A stretch of 16,350 nucleotides of DNA. Source: an uncultured archaeon. Its GTDB lineage: Archaea; Asgardarchaeota; Heimdallarchaeia; Heimdallarchaeales; Heimdallarchaeaceae. Position 1 is the first letter of the stretch; each line of letters starts with the position of its first letter. Under the pieces are notes generated by a model. The model saw only the letters and a list, made by a program, of their open reading frames with translations. It ran no database searches and was not told where the DNA came from. Shown one piece after another: positions 8,701 to 16,350 of the stretch. Made by a program: the position numbers and the translations under genes. The DNA lies in contig CAZJUB010000060.1 of assembly GCA_964549075.1 (NCBI GenBank), forward strand, positions 1 to 16,350. The letters run 5' to 3'.

Positions 8701-11515
8701 GAACAATCTAAAGAATATTAATGTAGATATTCCAAAAGAGAAACTTGTTGTTATTACAGGTCCTAGTGGTTCAGGTAAAAGCTCGTTGGCTATTGATACA
8801 TTGTTTGCTGAAGGTCAGAGACGGTTTGTAGAAAGTCTTTCTAGTTATGCTAGACAATTTTTAGTTAAAGCAGAACGAGGAGATGTTGAAGATATCATAG
8901 GACTAACTCCTTCTATTGCAATAGATCAACATTCTATCTCAAAGAATCCGAGATCTACAGTTGCTACAACTACAGAGATATATGACTATTTACGTCTATT
9001 ATATGCGAAGATTGGAATACCTCATTGTCCTAAATGCAACATTGTTTTAAGACAAAGAACTGTCCCAGAAATAAGGAATTTGGTTTTGAAAGATTTCTCT
9101 AAAGAGGATATAATTGTCGCAAGTTCGTTGTCAAATGGTGAAACAATTGATGTTCAAAAAGCGATTAAAGAATTGTTGAAACAAGGTTATTCCCGCGCTT
9201 TAATAGATAATGAAGAATATCACTTAGATGATGTCATAACCAAAAAGAAAGCTAAATCATTATCAGCTATTATCGACAGGTTGAATGTAGGAAAAGAAAA
9301 TGAATCAAGGCTAGCTGAAGCGATTGAAATAGCTGTAAAATTAGGTAAAGGACGAGTTGAAATACATAACAATGGTAAGATGAAAACTTACTCAATTTAT
9401 GCAGAGTGTATAGATCACGATTATGAAGCTCCTGAGGAGATGCATCCAAGAATATTCAGTTTTAATCATTATTCTGGAGCGTGTACAACTTGTACAGGTC
9501 TAGGTTCAATAAGAAAGTTAGATATAAAGAAAATCGTAACGGATTGGAAAAAATCAATTGTTCAAGGAGCAATAGGACCATACAGCGTTCAAAGAATGAC
9601 TAATCCCAGTTCATGGAGAAGAAATATGCTAAAATCAATAGCTGACCACTATGGTTTTACTTTAGAAACGCCAATAAAAGAATTATCTCCTCAACAATTA
9701 GAAGCTCTTTTCTATGGTTCCAAAGGAGAAGTTGTAAAGTTAAAAATTCAACGAGAAGGAGAAAGATCTTCTTCAGAGTTTACAAAAACTGCGGAATGGG
9801 AGGGATTAATTCCGAGATGGGAAAAATGGTTAGCTGAACCTACTGATTCTAAATGGGGATTGGAATATAAACAGAGATACAACAAATACTTTACAGAATA
9901 TAGATGCCCAGATTGTGGAGGACATAAGCTAAAACCTGAAATTCTGGCTATAACTGTAGGTGGGAGATCGATTTATGATTTATCCTCAGCTGCAGTAGAT
10001 GAATTCTTAACTTTCTTAAATACTCTTCAACTTAATAAACGAGACCAGAAAATTGCGGAGAGAATTATCACTGAGTTGACAAAGAGAGCGCAATATTTAG
10101 TGGATGTTGGCTTGAGTTATTTAACACTTAACAGAAGATCAAGTACTTTATCTAATGGTGAAGCACAGAGGATAAGATTAGCTTCTCAGATAGGTTCTGG
10201 TTTGGTGGGAGTAACATATGTACTCGATGAACCAACAATTGGTTTACATCCTCGTGATATTGATAAACTATTAAATACTTTAAAGAAACTCCGAGATAAC
10301 TCTAATCATGTAATCATAGTAGAGCATGATGACATTATCATCAAAGAGTCAGATTATCTTATAGAACTAGGACCATTAGGAGGGGATTTCGGAGGAGAAG
10401 TAGTTCATGAAGGACCGACTCAAGAAGTTCTACAGAATCCAGATTCACTTACAGGTAGATATTTATCAAAAGAGCATCGAATCTTAACTCCTAGTGAAAG
10501 AAGAAATTATAATAAAGCTATCAGTATTGAAGGAGCTTCAGAGAATAATTTGAAAGACATTAATGTCAAATTTGGTTTGGGGACGATTACAGCTGTAACA
10601 GGAGTTTCAGGTGCAGGAAAATCATCACTTGTTATTGAAATACTGCAGAAAGCTCTTGAAAGGGAAATTTCAGGAAAGAAAATTGAAGTTGGAAAACACA
10701 AGAAAATAACAGGTTATGAAGAATTATCAAAAGTAGTTGTAGTTGATCAATCAACCTTAAGTAAGTCAAGAAGATCCAATCCTGCAACATATTTAGGTGT
10801 TTTTGATGAGATAAGAAAGTTTTATGCAACCTTGCCTGAATCTAGAATTAGAGGTTTTAATTCCGGTCATTTTAGCTATAACACTAGTTATGGACAGTGT
10901 CGTGAATGCAGAGGATTAGGTGAAAAAAGGATAGAGTTGCTTTTCTTATCTGATGTATGGTTATTGTGCCCTTCGTGTAAAGGCAAGAGATACAAGAAAC
11001 AAGTACTAGCTGCTAGATATAAGAAGAAGACAATATCAGACATATTAGAAATGACTTTGAAAGAAGCAGCAGAATTCTTCAAAGATATAGCAGCAATTCA
11101 TGATCCATTAAAATTAGCTATAGATGTCGGTTTAGGTTATTTGAAGATGGGACAACCAACAACCATGATATCAGGTGGGGAAGCAGAGAGATTGAAAATT
11201 TCAAGAGAGTTGGCGAAACAAAAACATTCGAATAACATCTTCATGCTCGATGAACCATCTCAAGGATTGCATTATTATGATATTGAAAAACTAATTTTGG
11301 TTTTACAAAAACTAGCATATGAGAAAAACACCATAGTTCTGATTGATCACAATATGGATTTAGTAAAAATTGCTGATAGAATAATTGATTTAGGTCCAGA
11401 AGGAGGAACAAGAAAAGGTGGATATTTAGTAGCAACCGGAACTCCTGAAGAAATCACAGAAAAACAACAAGGATATACTTGGGAATATTTGAAAAAAGCG
11501 ATGTTAATGGAATGA
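5750..11515 (+). CDS. uvrA: Excinuclease ABC subunit A, tandem double-length (two complete UvrA units fused)
   Basis: Four Walker A motifs (GISGSGKSS, GVSGSGKSS, GPSGSGKSS, GVSGAGKSS), four signature/Walker B sets, two copies each of NPRSTV, SNPATY and D(E)LGP, and duplicated CxxC zinc modules. The second unit begins near aa 975 (FLYVRGATKNNLKNINVDIP). The true start may be TTG 5759, since AGGTGG sits 5 nt upstream of it. Confidence 0.96.
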   Translation: MDVLGKDSIKVEGANENNLKHISVEIPHDKLVVISGISGSGKSSLAFNTIFMEAQRRYMETLSAYARQFIGNFDRPDVEHIDGLRPTISIDQKTISRNPRSTVGTLTEIFDYMRVLFARVGIPHCPVCKEKIEAQPSEQIIEQIFASYEGERIKIVAPMFEKRKGEYRKELNDWREDGFNRLIIDGKEVNLDDEEVTLERYVAHDIDIIVDRNTCERRNEPSIRESVNLALELSSGKLQIIGEKKARMFSTKLVCPKCGIAINEFNPRDFSYNTPVGACLRCKGIGKIPQIVPEKFVNKKLSIKQGAIATTTSSGNYITYSGIGIKSLNSIIKQHGFDINTPLEKVTEEQLNILLYGSGNREYKVEWEWGNEESTWKGQGEYLTRWKGLIPNTMEAYYKVTSKPRKEILEKFMDLETCPDCKGDRLKPESLAVLFNNKNISELNKMSIHRCLKFFNKVKLEGEEQIIAGPLVKEIRNRLSFLMEVGLHYITLDRAANELSGGEAQRTRLATQIGSKLQGVNYILDEPSIGLANRDNEKLLSSLIRLRDGRNSVIVVEHDEDTLRNADMLLDLGPYAGEKGGEVLFAKNPKQLSLEDAEKSITARYLLGKEEISIPKIRRKSKKFLELKGASHNNLKSIDIKFPLQTFIGITGVSGSGKSSLITDTLYPILVNELHNGTQKVGKYKSINGIENIDKVVVIDQSPIGRTSRSNPATYTKVLDPIRELFAQLPTAKIRGYTKTRFTFNTKEGRCEACKGHGYNTIEMSLLPDVEVECEICKGNRFDDETLKIKFQKYSIADILDMTVSKAMKVFKNQPKIARILQTLCDVGLDYIKLGQSSTTISGGEAQRIKLSRELSKRDTGNTLYILDEPTTGLSFLDIKKLLKVLHRLVDKKNTIIIIEHNLDVIKTVDYIIDLGPEGGEEYGGYIVTEGTPEEVMTCEKSYTGQALKKVFFRDYKSKEIEPSSHLEEGMDPSNFLYVRGATKNNLKNINVDIPKEKLVVITGPSGSGKSSLAIDTLFAEGQRRFVESLSSYARQFLVKAERGDVEDIIGLTPSIAIDQHSISKNPRSTVATTTEIYDYLRLLYAKIGIPHCPKCNIVLRQRTVPEIRNLVLKDFSKEDIIVASSLSNGETIDVQKAIKELLKQGYSRALIDNEEYHLDDVITKKKAKSLSAIIDRLNVGKENESRLAEAIEIAVKLGKGRVEIHNNGKMKTYSIYAECIDHDYEAPEEMHPRIFSFNHYSGACTTCTGLGSIRKLDIKKIVTDWKKSIVQGAIGPYSVQRMTNPSSWRRNMLKSIADHYGFTLETPIKELSPQQLEALFYGSKGEVVKLKIQREGERSSSEFTKTAEWEGLIPRWEKWLAEPTDSKWGLEYKQRYNKYFTEYRCPDCGGHKLKPEILAITVGGRSIYDLSSAAVDEFLTFLNTLQLNKRDQKIAERIITELTKRAQYLVDVGLSYLTLNRRSSTLSNGEAQRIRLASQIGSGLVGVTYVLDEPTIGLHPRDIDKLLNTLKKLRDNSNHVIIVEHDDIIIKESDYLIELGPLGGDFGGEVVHEGPTQEVLQNPDSLTGRYLSKEHRILTPSERRNYNKAISIEGASENNLKDINVKFGLGTITAVTGVSGAGKSSLVIEILQKALEREISGKKIEVGKHKKITGYEELSKVVVVDQSTLSKSRRSNPATYLGVFDEIRKFYATLPESRIRGFNSGHFSYNTSYGQCRECRGLGEKRIELLFLSDVWLLCPSCKGKRYKKQVLAARYKKKTISDILEMTLKEAAEFFKDIAAIHDPLKLAIDVGLGYLKMGQPTTMISGGEAERLKISRELAKQKHSNNIFMLDEPSQGLHYYDIEKLILVLQKLAYEKNTIVLIDHNMDLVKIADRIIDLGPEGGTRKGGYLVATGTPEEITEKQQGYTWEYLKKAMLME

Positions 11516-11556
11516 ATCAAGATATAGAATTGTCTTAAAATTGTATTCTAATAAAT

Positions 11557-11564
11557 ATTATAAG
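11557..11564 (+). promoter_or_regulatory. Putative TATA box of the SBP gene (leaderless)
   Basis: ATTATAAG 23-30 nt upstream of ATG 11587; no SD. Confidence 0.45.
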
Positions 11565-11586
11565 TAATAATTTATCCTTTATCACA

Positions 11587-13530
11587 ATGAGAAAAGCAAG
11601 AAAAATACAGAGATACTTAGTTTGTTTAATGATAAGTTTCTTTATTTTTAACACCTTTGGACAAAAAGAAATTCAAAGTAAGGTAAGTACTTGTCCTATT
11701 ATTTTAAAAACGAATGGTGGAGGAATCTATCCTGATTATGGTTTATACATAGCTGAACAATTAGATGAATTAGGTATAGAAGTAGAAGTTAAGGTTGAAG
11801 AATGGACGATTTTTGTTGGTACTCTTTGTTTGAAACATGATTATGATTTAGGTATTCGAACTTTCGATTTTTCTTTATTAAACCCAGATCCAACTAATTA
11901 TTTCAATTTGATAGATAATACAGAATTATTAGGAATGGACATTCCATATGTTCCAGAAGCATTAGATATACTTAAACAAGCACAATCAATTACTGACCAA
12001 TCAGAGAGAATTGAAACTTATATTGAATGGTCTAATCTTGTATTAGATAAAATTGCACATATTTTTCCTCTCTTCAATCAAAGAAGAAACCACTTTCTAT
12101 GGAGTAATACTTTAGGTTATGATATAATGTGGGGATTAGCTAATAGTTTACCTCAAATATTTTATGATGGTTACCACAATGGACAAGTTTCTCTAGAAGA
12201 ATTGAATCTTGCTTTATCTTATTGGATAGATTTGAATCCTTTATCATATAAAGATCCAAGTAGTGAGCTTTTAATAGATTTGATTTTTGAGCCTATTCTG
12301 CAAGTAAATCCTTACACTCATTTGCCTACCACAACTGGTTTGATTAATAGTTGGACTATGATTAATGACACTTACTATACTTTTCATCTTAGAGATGATA
12401 TTTTCTGGTGTCCTTCTTTTAATATAACAGAAAGAACACCTAACTCACTTCCTTTAAATTCCTCAGATTTAAGTACTCTAATGGTGGGATTGAAATCAGA
12501 ATTTAGCAATGGTACTAATCAAAGATTAACCGCTAAAGATGTAGTCTTTTCACTATTAGCATACAGTAATCCACTAATTAGTGATAAAAGTAATGAATAT
12601 AGTTGGATGAAATCTCTTGTATTTGATCCTGTTGATGAATTTACTTTTTCTCTAATAGTTGATGGAAATTCAAATACTCCTGAAAATGAGCTCTATGCTC
12701 CTCTTTGGTCAAAATTAAATGTTCCTTGTTTACCAGAATTCTTTCTTAATTCAACAAGCACAAACATAACTCAATCAGCTAGTGAGATAAATATGGTTGG
12801 AATATATGAAAACATTGATAGAACTGCTGAATGGAAAACCTTTCGAAAATCAGCTTTTGGTTGTGGAAAATATTTGCTAGATTATGCTGTTTGGGGTAGC
12901 AAGACTTTATTACAGAAAAATCCAAACTGGTACAACATCAGTCCAATTGATGGAACAATTCAATATTTGAATATACCAAAAATAAATGTATTTGATATGA
13001 ACGAGGATGCAGAAAGAAGAGCTGAATTTAAAGCTGGAAAACTTGATTTTTATAATCCAGAGGTACCATTCAGCGACACACCAGATATTAATTTTATATA
13101 TCAGACTGCTGTATCTGACGAAGCTAGTTGTCTTTTTTTCAACCTCAGAAGACCTTTCATTGGAGGAACAGATAACTTTGTGAATTCTACTTATGAAGGA
13201 AAAGAAGAGTATACCAAAGCATCAACTAAACGAAAAGCTATTTGTTATGCAATTGACAGAGATTTGATTAATGAAGAGTTAAATTTTAGATGGTACAATC
13301 CTCAACATGGATTAATTAATGAAATATTTACTCATCCTTATTTGGATGAGATTTTTGATTATGAATATGATTTAGATTCTTCTATTGAATGGTTTACAGG
13401 AATACGACCAACGACAACAACTCCATCATTGACAAATACGATTTCTTATAGTTTTGGATTTATATTTAATACATTGATGTTCTCAATTATTATACATTTA
13501 AAGATTCATAGAAAACATGATAGAAACTAG
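11587..13530 (+). CDS. Family 5 (OppA/DppA-like) extracellular solute-binding protein, circularly permuted, C-terminally anchored
   Basis: Signal-like N-terminus; IAEQLDELGIEVEVKVEEW...HDYDL; LNPL...IFEPIL; YTFHLRDDIFW; LTAKDVVFS; GCGKYLL...LQKNPNW; RKAICYAIDRDLIN; Thr/Pro linker, TM segment and basic tail; eight N-x-S/T sequons. Confidence 0.85.
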   Translation: MRKARKIQRYLVCLMISFFIFNTFGQKEIQSKVSTCPIILKTNGGGIYPDYGLYIAEQLDELGIEVEVKVEEWTIFVGTLCLKHDYDLGIRTFDFSLLNPDPTNYFNLIDNTELLGMDIPYVPEALDILKQAQSITDQSERIETYIEWSNLVLDKIAHIFPLFNQRRNHFLWSNTLGYDIMWGLANSLPQIFYDGYHNGQVSLEELNLALSYWIDLNPLSYKDPSSELLIDLIFEPILQVNPYTHLPTTTGLINSWTMINDTYYTFHLRDDIFWCPSFNITERTPNSLPLNSSDLSTLMVGLKSEFSNGTNQRLTAKDVVFSLLAYSNPLISDKSNEYSWMKSLVFDPVDEFTFSLIVDGNSNTPENELYAPLWSKLNVPCLPEFFLNSTSTNITQSASEINMVGIYENIDRTAEWKTFRKSAFGCGKYLLDYAVWGSKTLLQKNPNWYNISPIDGTIQYLNIPKINVFDMNEDAERRAEFKAGKLDFYNPEVPFSDTPDINFIYQTAVSDEASCLFFNLRRPFIGGTDNFVNSTYEGKEEYTKASTKRKAICYAIDRDLINEELNFRWYNPQHGLINEIFTHPYLDEIFDYEYDLDSSIEWFTGIRPTTTTPSLTNTISYSFGFIFNTLMFSIIIHLKIHRKHDRN

Positions 13531-13565
13531 AGAACTTTTTCCTTTTTCAGTATAACATTCACCCG

Positions 13566-13582
13566 TAAACTATTTATTATCT
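13566..13582 (+). promoter_or_regulatory. Putative BRE/TATA promoter of kynU
   Basis: TAAACTATTTATTATCT, a near-copy of TAAACTTTTATTATCT upstream of the next gene. Confidence 0.5.
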
Positions 13583-13596
13583 AGTTCTAGTTTTAC

Positions 13597-14856
13597 ATGA
13601 AACAAATGAACGATGCGTATGAATTCAGCGTAGAATATGCAAAAAAGATGGATTCAGCTGATTCTCTGAATTTTTATAGAGATCACTTCTTTATTCCAAA
13701 CAAATCAATATATCTAAATGGTAATTCTCTTGGTTTACTTTCTAAAGAAGCGGCTTCTTCTTTGCTGAAAGTTCTTGATGAATGGAAACAACTAGGAGTA
13801 CAAGGATGGACAAATGAAGAGCATCCATGGTTCTATTTAGCTGAAAATTTAGGTAAAAAAGCTGCAAAACTTGTAGGAGCAAAACCAGAAGAAGTCGTTG
13901 CTACAGGTACGACAACAGTTAATCTTCACTCTCTTGTAAGTACTTTCTATCAACTAACCGAACAGAGAACAAAAATCCTTGCTGATGAACTGAATTTTCC
14001 AACCGACATTTACGCTCTTCAGAGTCAAGTCAAACTCAAAAATCTTGATCCTGAAAAACATTTAAAACTAGTTAAGAGTGATGATGGCAGAACGTTGGAT
14101 GAAGCCAAAATCAAGCGTTCTATCACTAAAGATGTTGCTTTAGTTGTTTTGCCTTCAGTCCTGTTTAAAAGTGGACAACTTCTAGATATAGCGGGAATAA
14201 CAGAAAATGCCCATAGTAAAGGGGTGGTAATTGGATGGGATTGCAGTCATTCAGTAGGTGTCATACCTCATAAATTTGATGAGTGGGATGTGGATTTTGC
14301 TTTTTGGTGTAGCTACAAATATCTTAATGCTGGTCCAGGTGCAAGTGCGTTCATATATGTCAATGAGAAACATTTTGATAAAGAAGCTGCTTTACCTGGT
14401 TGGTTTGGTTATGTTAAAGAGAAACAATTCGAGATGAATTTGTATTTTGAACAAGCTAAAAGCGCTGGAGGTTGGCAGATATCATCTCCCTCAATCTTAG
14501 GATCAGCTGCTCTCGAAGGATCCTTAGATTTGATACTTAAGGCAGGAATAGAAAATATAAGAGAAAAATCTCTTAAATTAACTTCTTATTTGCTTTACCT
14601 TGTTGATAATTTACTAACGGAACAGCCATATAATTTTACTATTGGAACACCTCGTATGCCTAATCAACGTGGAGGGCACATCGCTCTTGAACATGAAAAC
14701 GCTCTAAATATTCATGATCAGCTTCTAGAATATAACATAATTCACGATTTTAGACCTCCAAATGTTCTAAGATTTACACCTGTAGCTCTTCATACAACTT
14801 TTGAGGAAGTTTGGATATTGGTTAGTGTTTTGAGAAAAATTATTGATAAAAAGTGA
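13597..14856 (+). CDS. kynU: Kynureninase (PLP-dependent)
   Basis: IYLNGNSLGL, TVNLHSLVSTFY, KILADELNFPTDIYAL, GWDCSHSVG, WDVDFAFWCSYKYLNAGPG (PLP lysine), LPGWFG, GWQISSP, QRGGHI, DFRPPNVLR. Start may be ATG 13606. Confidence 0.95.
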   Translation: MKQMNDAYEFSVEYAKKMDSADSLNFYRDHFFIPNKSIYLNGNSLGLLSKEAASSLLKVLDEWKQLGVQGWTNEEHPWFYLAENLGKKAAKLVGAKPEEVVATGTTTVNLHSLVSTFYQLTEQRTKILADELNFPTDIYALQSQVKLKNLDPEKHLKLVKSDDGRTLDEAKIKRSITKDVALVVLPSVLFKSGQLLDIAGITENAHSKGVVIGWDCSHSVGVIPHKFDEWDVDFAFWCSYKYLNAGPGASAFIYVNEKHFDKEAALPGWFGYVKEKQFEMNLYFEQAKSAGGWQISSPSILGSAALEGSLDLILKAGIENIREKSLKLTSYLLYLVDNLLTEQPYNFTIGTPRMPNQRGGHIALEHENALNIHDQLLEYNIIHDFRPPNVLRFTPVALHTTFEEVWILVSVLRKIIDKK

Positions 14857-14874
14857 TTGGTGTTTTCCCTCTTC

Positions 14875-14890
14875 TAAACTTTTATTATCT
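14875..14890 (+). promoter_or_regulatory. Putative BRE/TATA promoter of the ABC-2 operon
   Basis: TAAACTTTTATTATCT; TTTATTA begins 36 nt before ATG 14917. Confidence 0.5.
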
Positions 14891-14916
14891 TAGCAGTTAG
14901 TTCTTTTTTGAATACT

Positions 14917-15906
14917 ATGCTTGCTATTGAAACGAGGGAGTTAACTAAAGATTATGAAATCAAAAAAAACAAAGAACGGGTTTATCTCAGAGCTGTTGAT
15001 GATCTAAATCTTCAGATTGAAGAATCTGAAATCTACTGCCTTTTAGGGCCCAATGGTGCAGGAAAAACCAGTACTACACGTCTTTTAACCTCGATATTAC
15101 ATCCCACTTTAGGTGGTGCTAGAATTTTAGGATCAGATATTGTTAATGAGGCTAGTAAAGTAAGAAGTAAAGTGGGATTATTAACTGAAACACCTGCCTT
15201 ATATGATAGGCTGACTGTAAGACAGAATCTTGATTTTATAGCTAAATTATACAGTATGCAAAAAGAAGATATCAGTTCTCGAATCGAGGAAATTATGGAT
15301 CTTTTTGATCTAACCGAAAAAATTGATCTATCAGCTGGTTCATTGTCTAAAGGAATGAAACAAAAGGTTTCAATAGCAAGAGCAATGATTCATGATCCCC
15401 CTGTTCTGTTCTTAGATGAACCTACAGCTTCGTTAGCTCCAGAATCAGCAAAAGTTGTTAGAGAACTGATAATGAAATTATCAAGAAAAGAGAAACGAAC
15501 TTTTTTCATCTGCACTCACAATTTATTTGAAGCTGAAAGATTAGCCTCAGTGGTTGGAATTATTAATAGAGGGAAGATAATTGCAGAAGGTTCTCCTTCA
15601 CAGTTAAGAGAGCTAAAAAAGGAAGAAACTACAACAATTTTCAGATTTTCGTCATGGAATGATATAATTAAGAATTATTTCGTAGAGGGAAACTATGACA
15701 TACTGGAGATTAATCCAGAAAAAAAATCCATATCCCTTTTTATTAACGATATCGAAAAGGAAACACCTCTAATCATCGAACAACTTGTTAAACTTAAATT
15801 TCCGATGTTCGAAGTAAGACATGAGTTTCCCACTTTAGAACGCATCTATCTTGAATTAATAGAAAGTGCGAACAGACCAACAATTGAAGAGGAGGTAGAA
15901 GCATGA
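14917..15906 (+). CDS. ABC-2 type (CcmA/DrrA-like) exporter ATP-binding protein
   Basis: Walker A GPNGAGKT, signature LSKGMKQKV, Walker B LFLDEPT, H-loop THNL, C-terminal PTLERIYLEL. ATG 14917 is preferred over TTG 14908. Confidence 0.93.
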   Translation: MLAIETRELTKDYEIKKNKERVYLRAVDDLNLQIEESEIYCLLGPNGAGKTSTTRLLTSILHPTLGGARILGSDIVNEASKVRSKVGLLTETPALYDRLTVRQNLDFIAKLYSMQKEDISSRIEEIMDLFDLTEKIDLSAGSLSKGMKQKVSIARAMIHDPPVLFLDEPTASLAPESAKVVRELIMKLSRKEKRTFFICTHNLFEAERLASVVGIINRGKIIAEGSPSQLRELKKEETTTIFRFSSWNDIIKNYFVEGNYDILEINPEKKSISLFINDIEKETPLIIEQLVKLKFPMFEVRHEFPTLERIYLELIESANRPTIEEEVEA

Positions 15907-16350
15907 ATTTCAAAAGAGTCTGGGCATTAACTCGCAAAGATCTTCGTGAATTCATGAAATCTAAATATGTGGTATCAGTCATAATTGGAATTCCTTTGTT
16001 ATTTGCGATCTTATTCCCTTTTGCTACATTAATGCCAATGACTCAAGCTAATCCTCAAGATTTTGAAGGAGAGGAATTTGGATCTTTTGTTGAGAATCTA
16101 TTTTCTAAAACTGTCAGAGGATGGGATGGCTTAAACAATTTCGGAAAAACAATGGTTTTGATGGCTTATGCGATGTTTGTTACAGTTCTTCTATTACCAA
16201 TTATTATACCAGCTGTAACAGCATCGGAAACAGTAGTTGGAGAGAAAGAACGTAAAACAATAGAATCTATATTAGCTTCACCTATGACAGAAACAGAAAT
16301 AGTTAAAGCAAAAATTATTTAATCATTAATTCAATCATTTTTAGTAAAAA
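15903..16350 (+). CDS. ABC-2 type transporter permease; partial, with in-frame TAA at 16320-16322 near the window edge
   Basis: ATGA overlap with the ATPase stop; GGAGGT SD; RVWALTRKDLRE, hydrophobic helices, ASETVVGEKERKTIESILASPMTETEIVKAKI (conserved ABC-2 permease motif). Confidence 0.85.

Noticed and set aside
6358-11435. Eight short minus-strand ORFs inside uvrA
   Set aside because: Antisense shadows of a highly conserved coding sequence.
5750-11515. Assembly-duplication or intein explanation for the long UvrA
   Set aside because: The halves are highly diverged in sequence, all extra length is accounted for by a second UvrA unit, and no intein splice motifs were seen.
15794-15982. 62-aa minus-strand ORF
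   Set aside because: Antisense to the ABC ATPase/permease junction, with no features.
11587-16350. SBP plus ABC ATPase and permease as one import system
   Set aside because: The ATPase and permease are ABC-2 exporter-type, not OppBCDF-type, and are separated from the SBP by kynU and by promoter-like elements.
1-16350. CRISPR arrays, tRNA/rRNA, transposases, integrases, defence systems
   Set aside because: By eye, no spaced direct repeats, structured GC-rich islands or relevant protein motifs were found. A covariance-model search was not possible.

Overview
AT-rich, gene-dense archaeal chromosomal segment, most consistent with Asgard archaea (Heimdallarchaeia-like). This is an inference from TATA-type promoters, GGTGA/GGAGGT Shine-Dalgarno sites, oligo-T terminators, N-glycosylated C-terminally anchored surface proteins and kynureninase. 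Gene order: a winged-helix regulator with a hydrophobic C-terminal region (minus strand, runs off the left edge, missing from the ORF track), divergent from a secreted membrane-anchored beta-rich protein; a RimJ/RimL-type GNAT; a pirin; an FLVCR/SLC49-like MFS transporter; a frameshifted C-terminal remnant of a NosD-like beta-helix surface protein; a pyridoxamine-5'-phosphate-oxidase-like protein; a 1921-aa tandem double UvrA with asymmetrically altered ATPase motifs; an orphan, circularly permuted family-5 solute-binding protein with a C-terminal anchor; kynureninase; and an ABC-2 ATPase/permease pair whose permease hits a suspicious stop near the right edge. I saw no rRNA, tRNA, CRISPR array or mobile element, and no single clearly novel multi-gene system. 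The strongest leads are the double UvrA, the permuted SBP and the surface protein resembling eukaryotic beta-supersandwich proteins.
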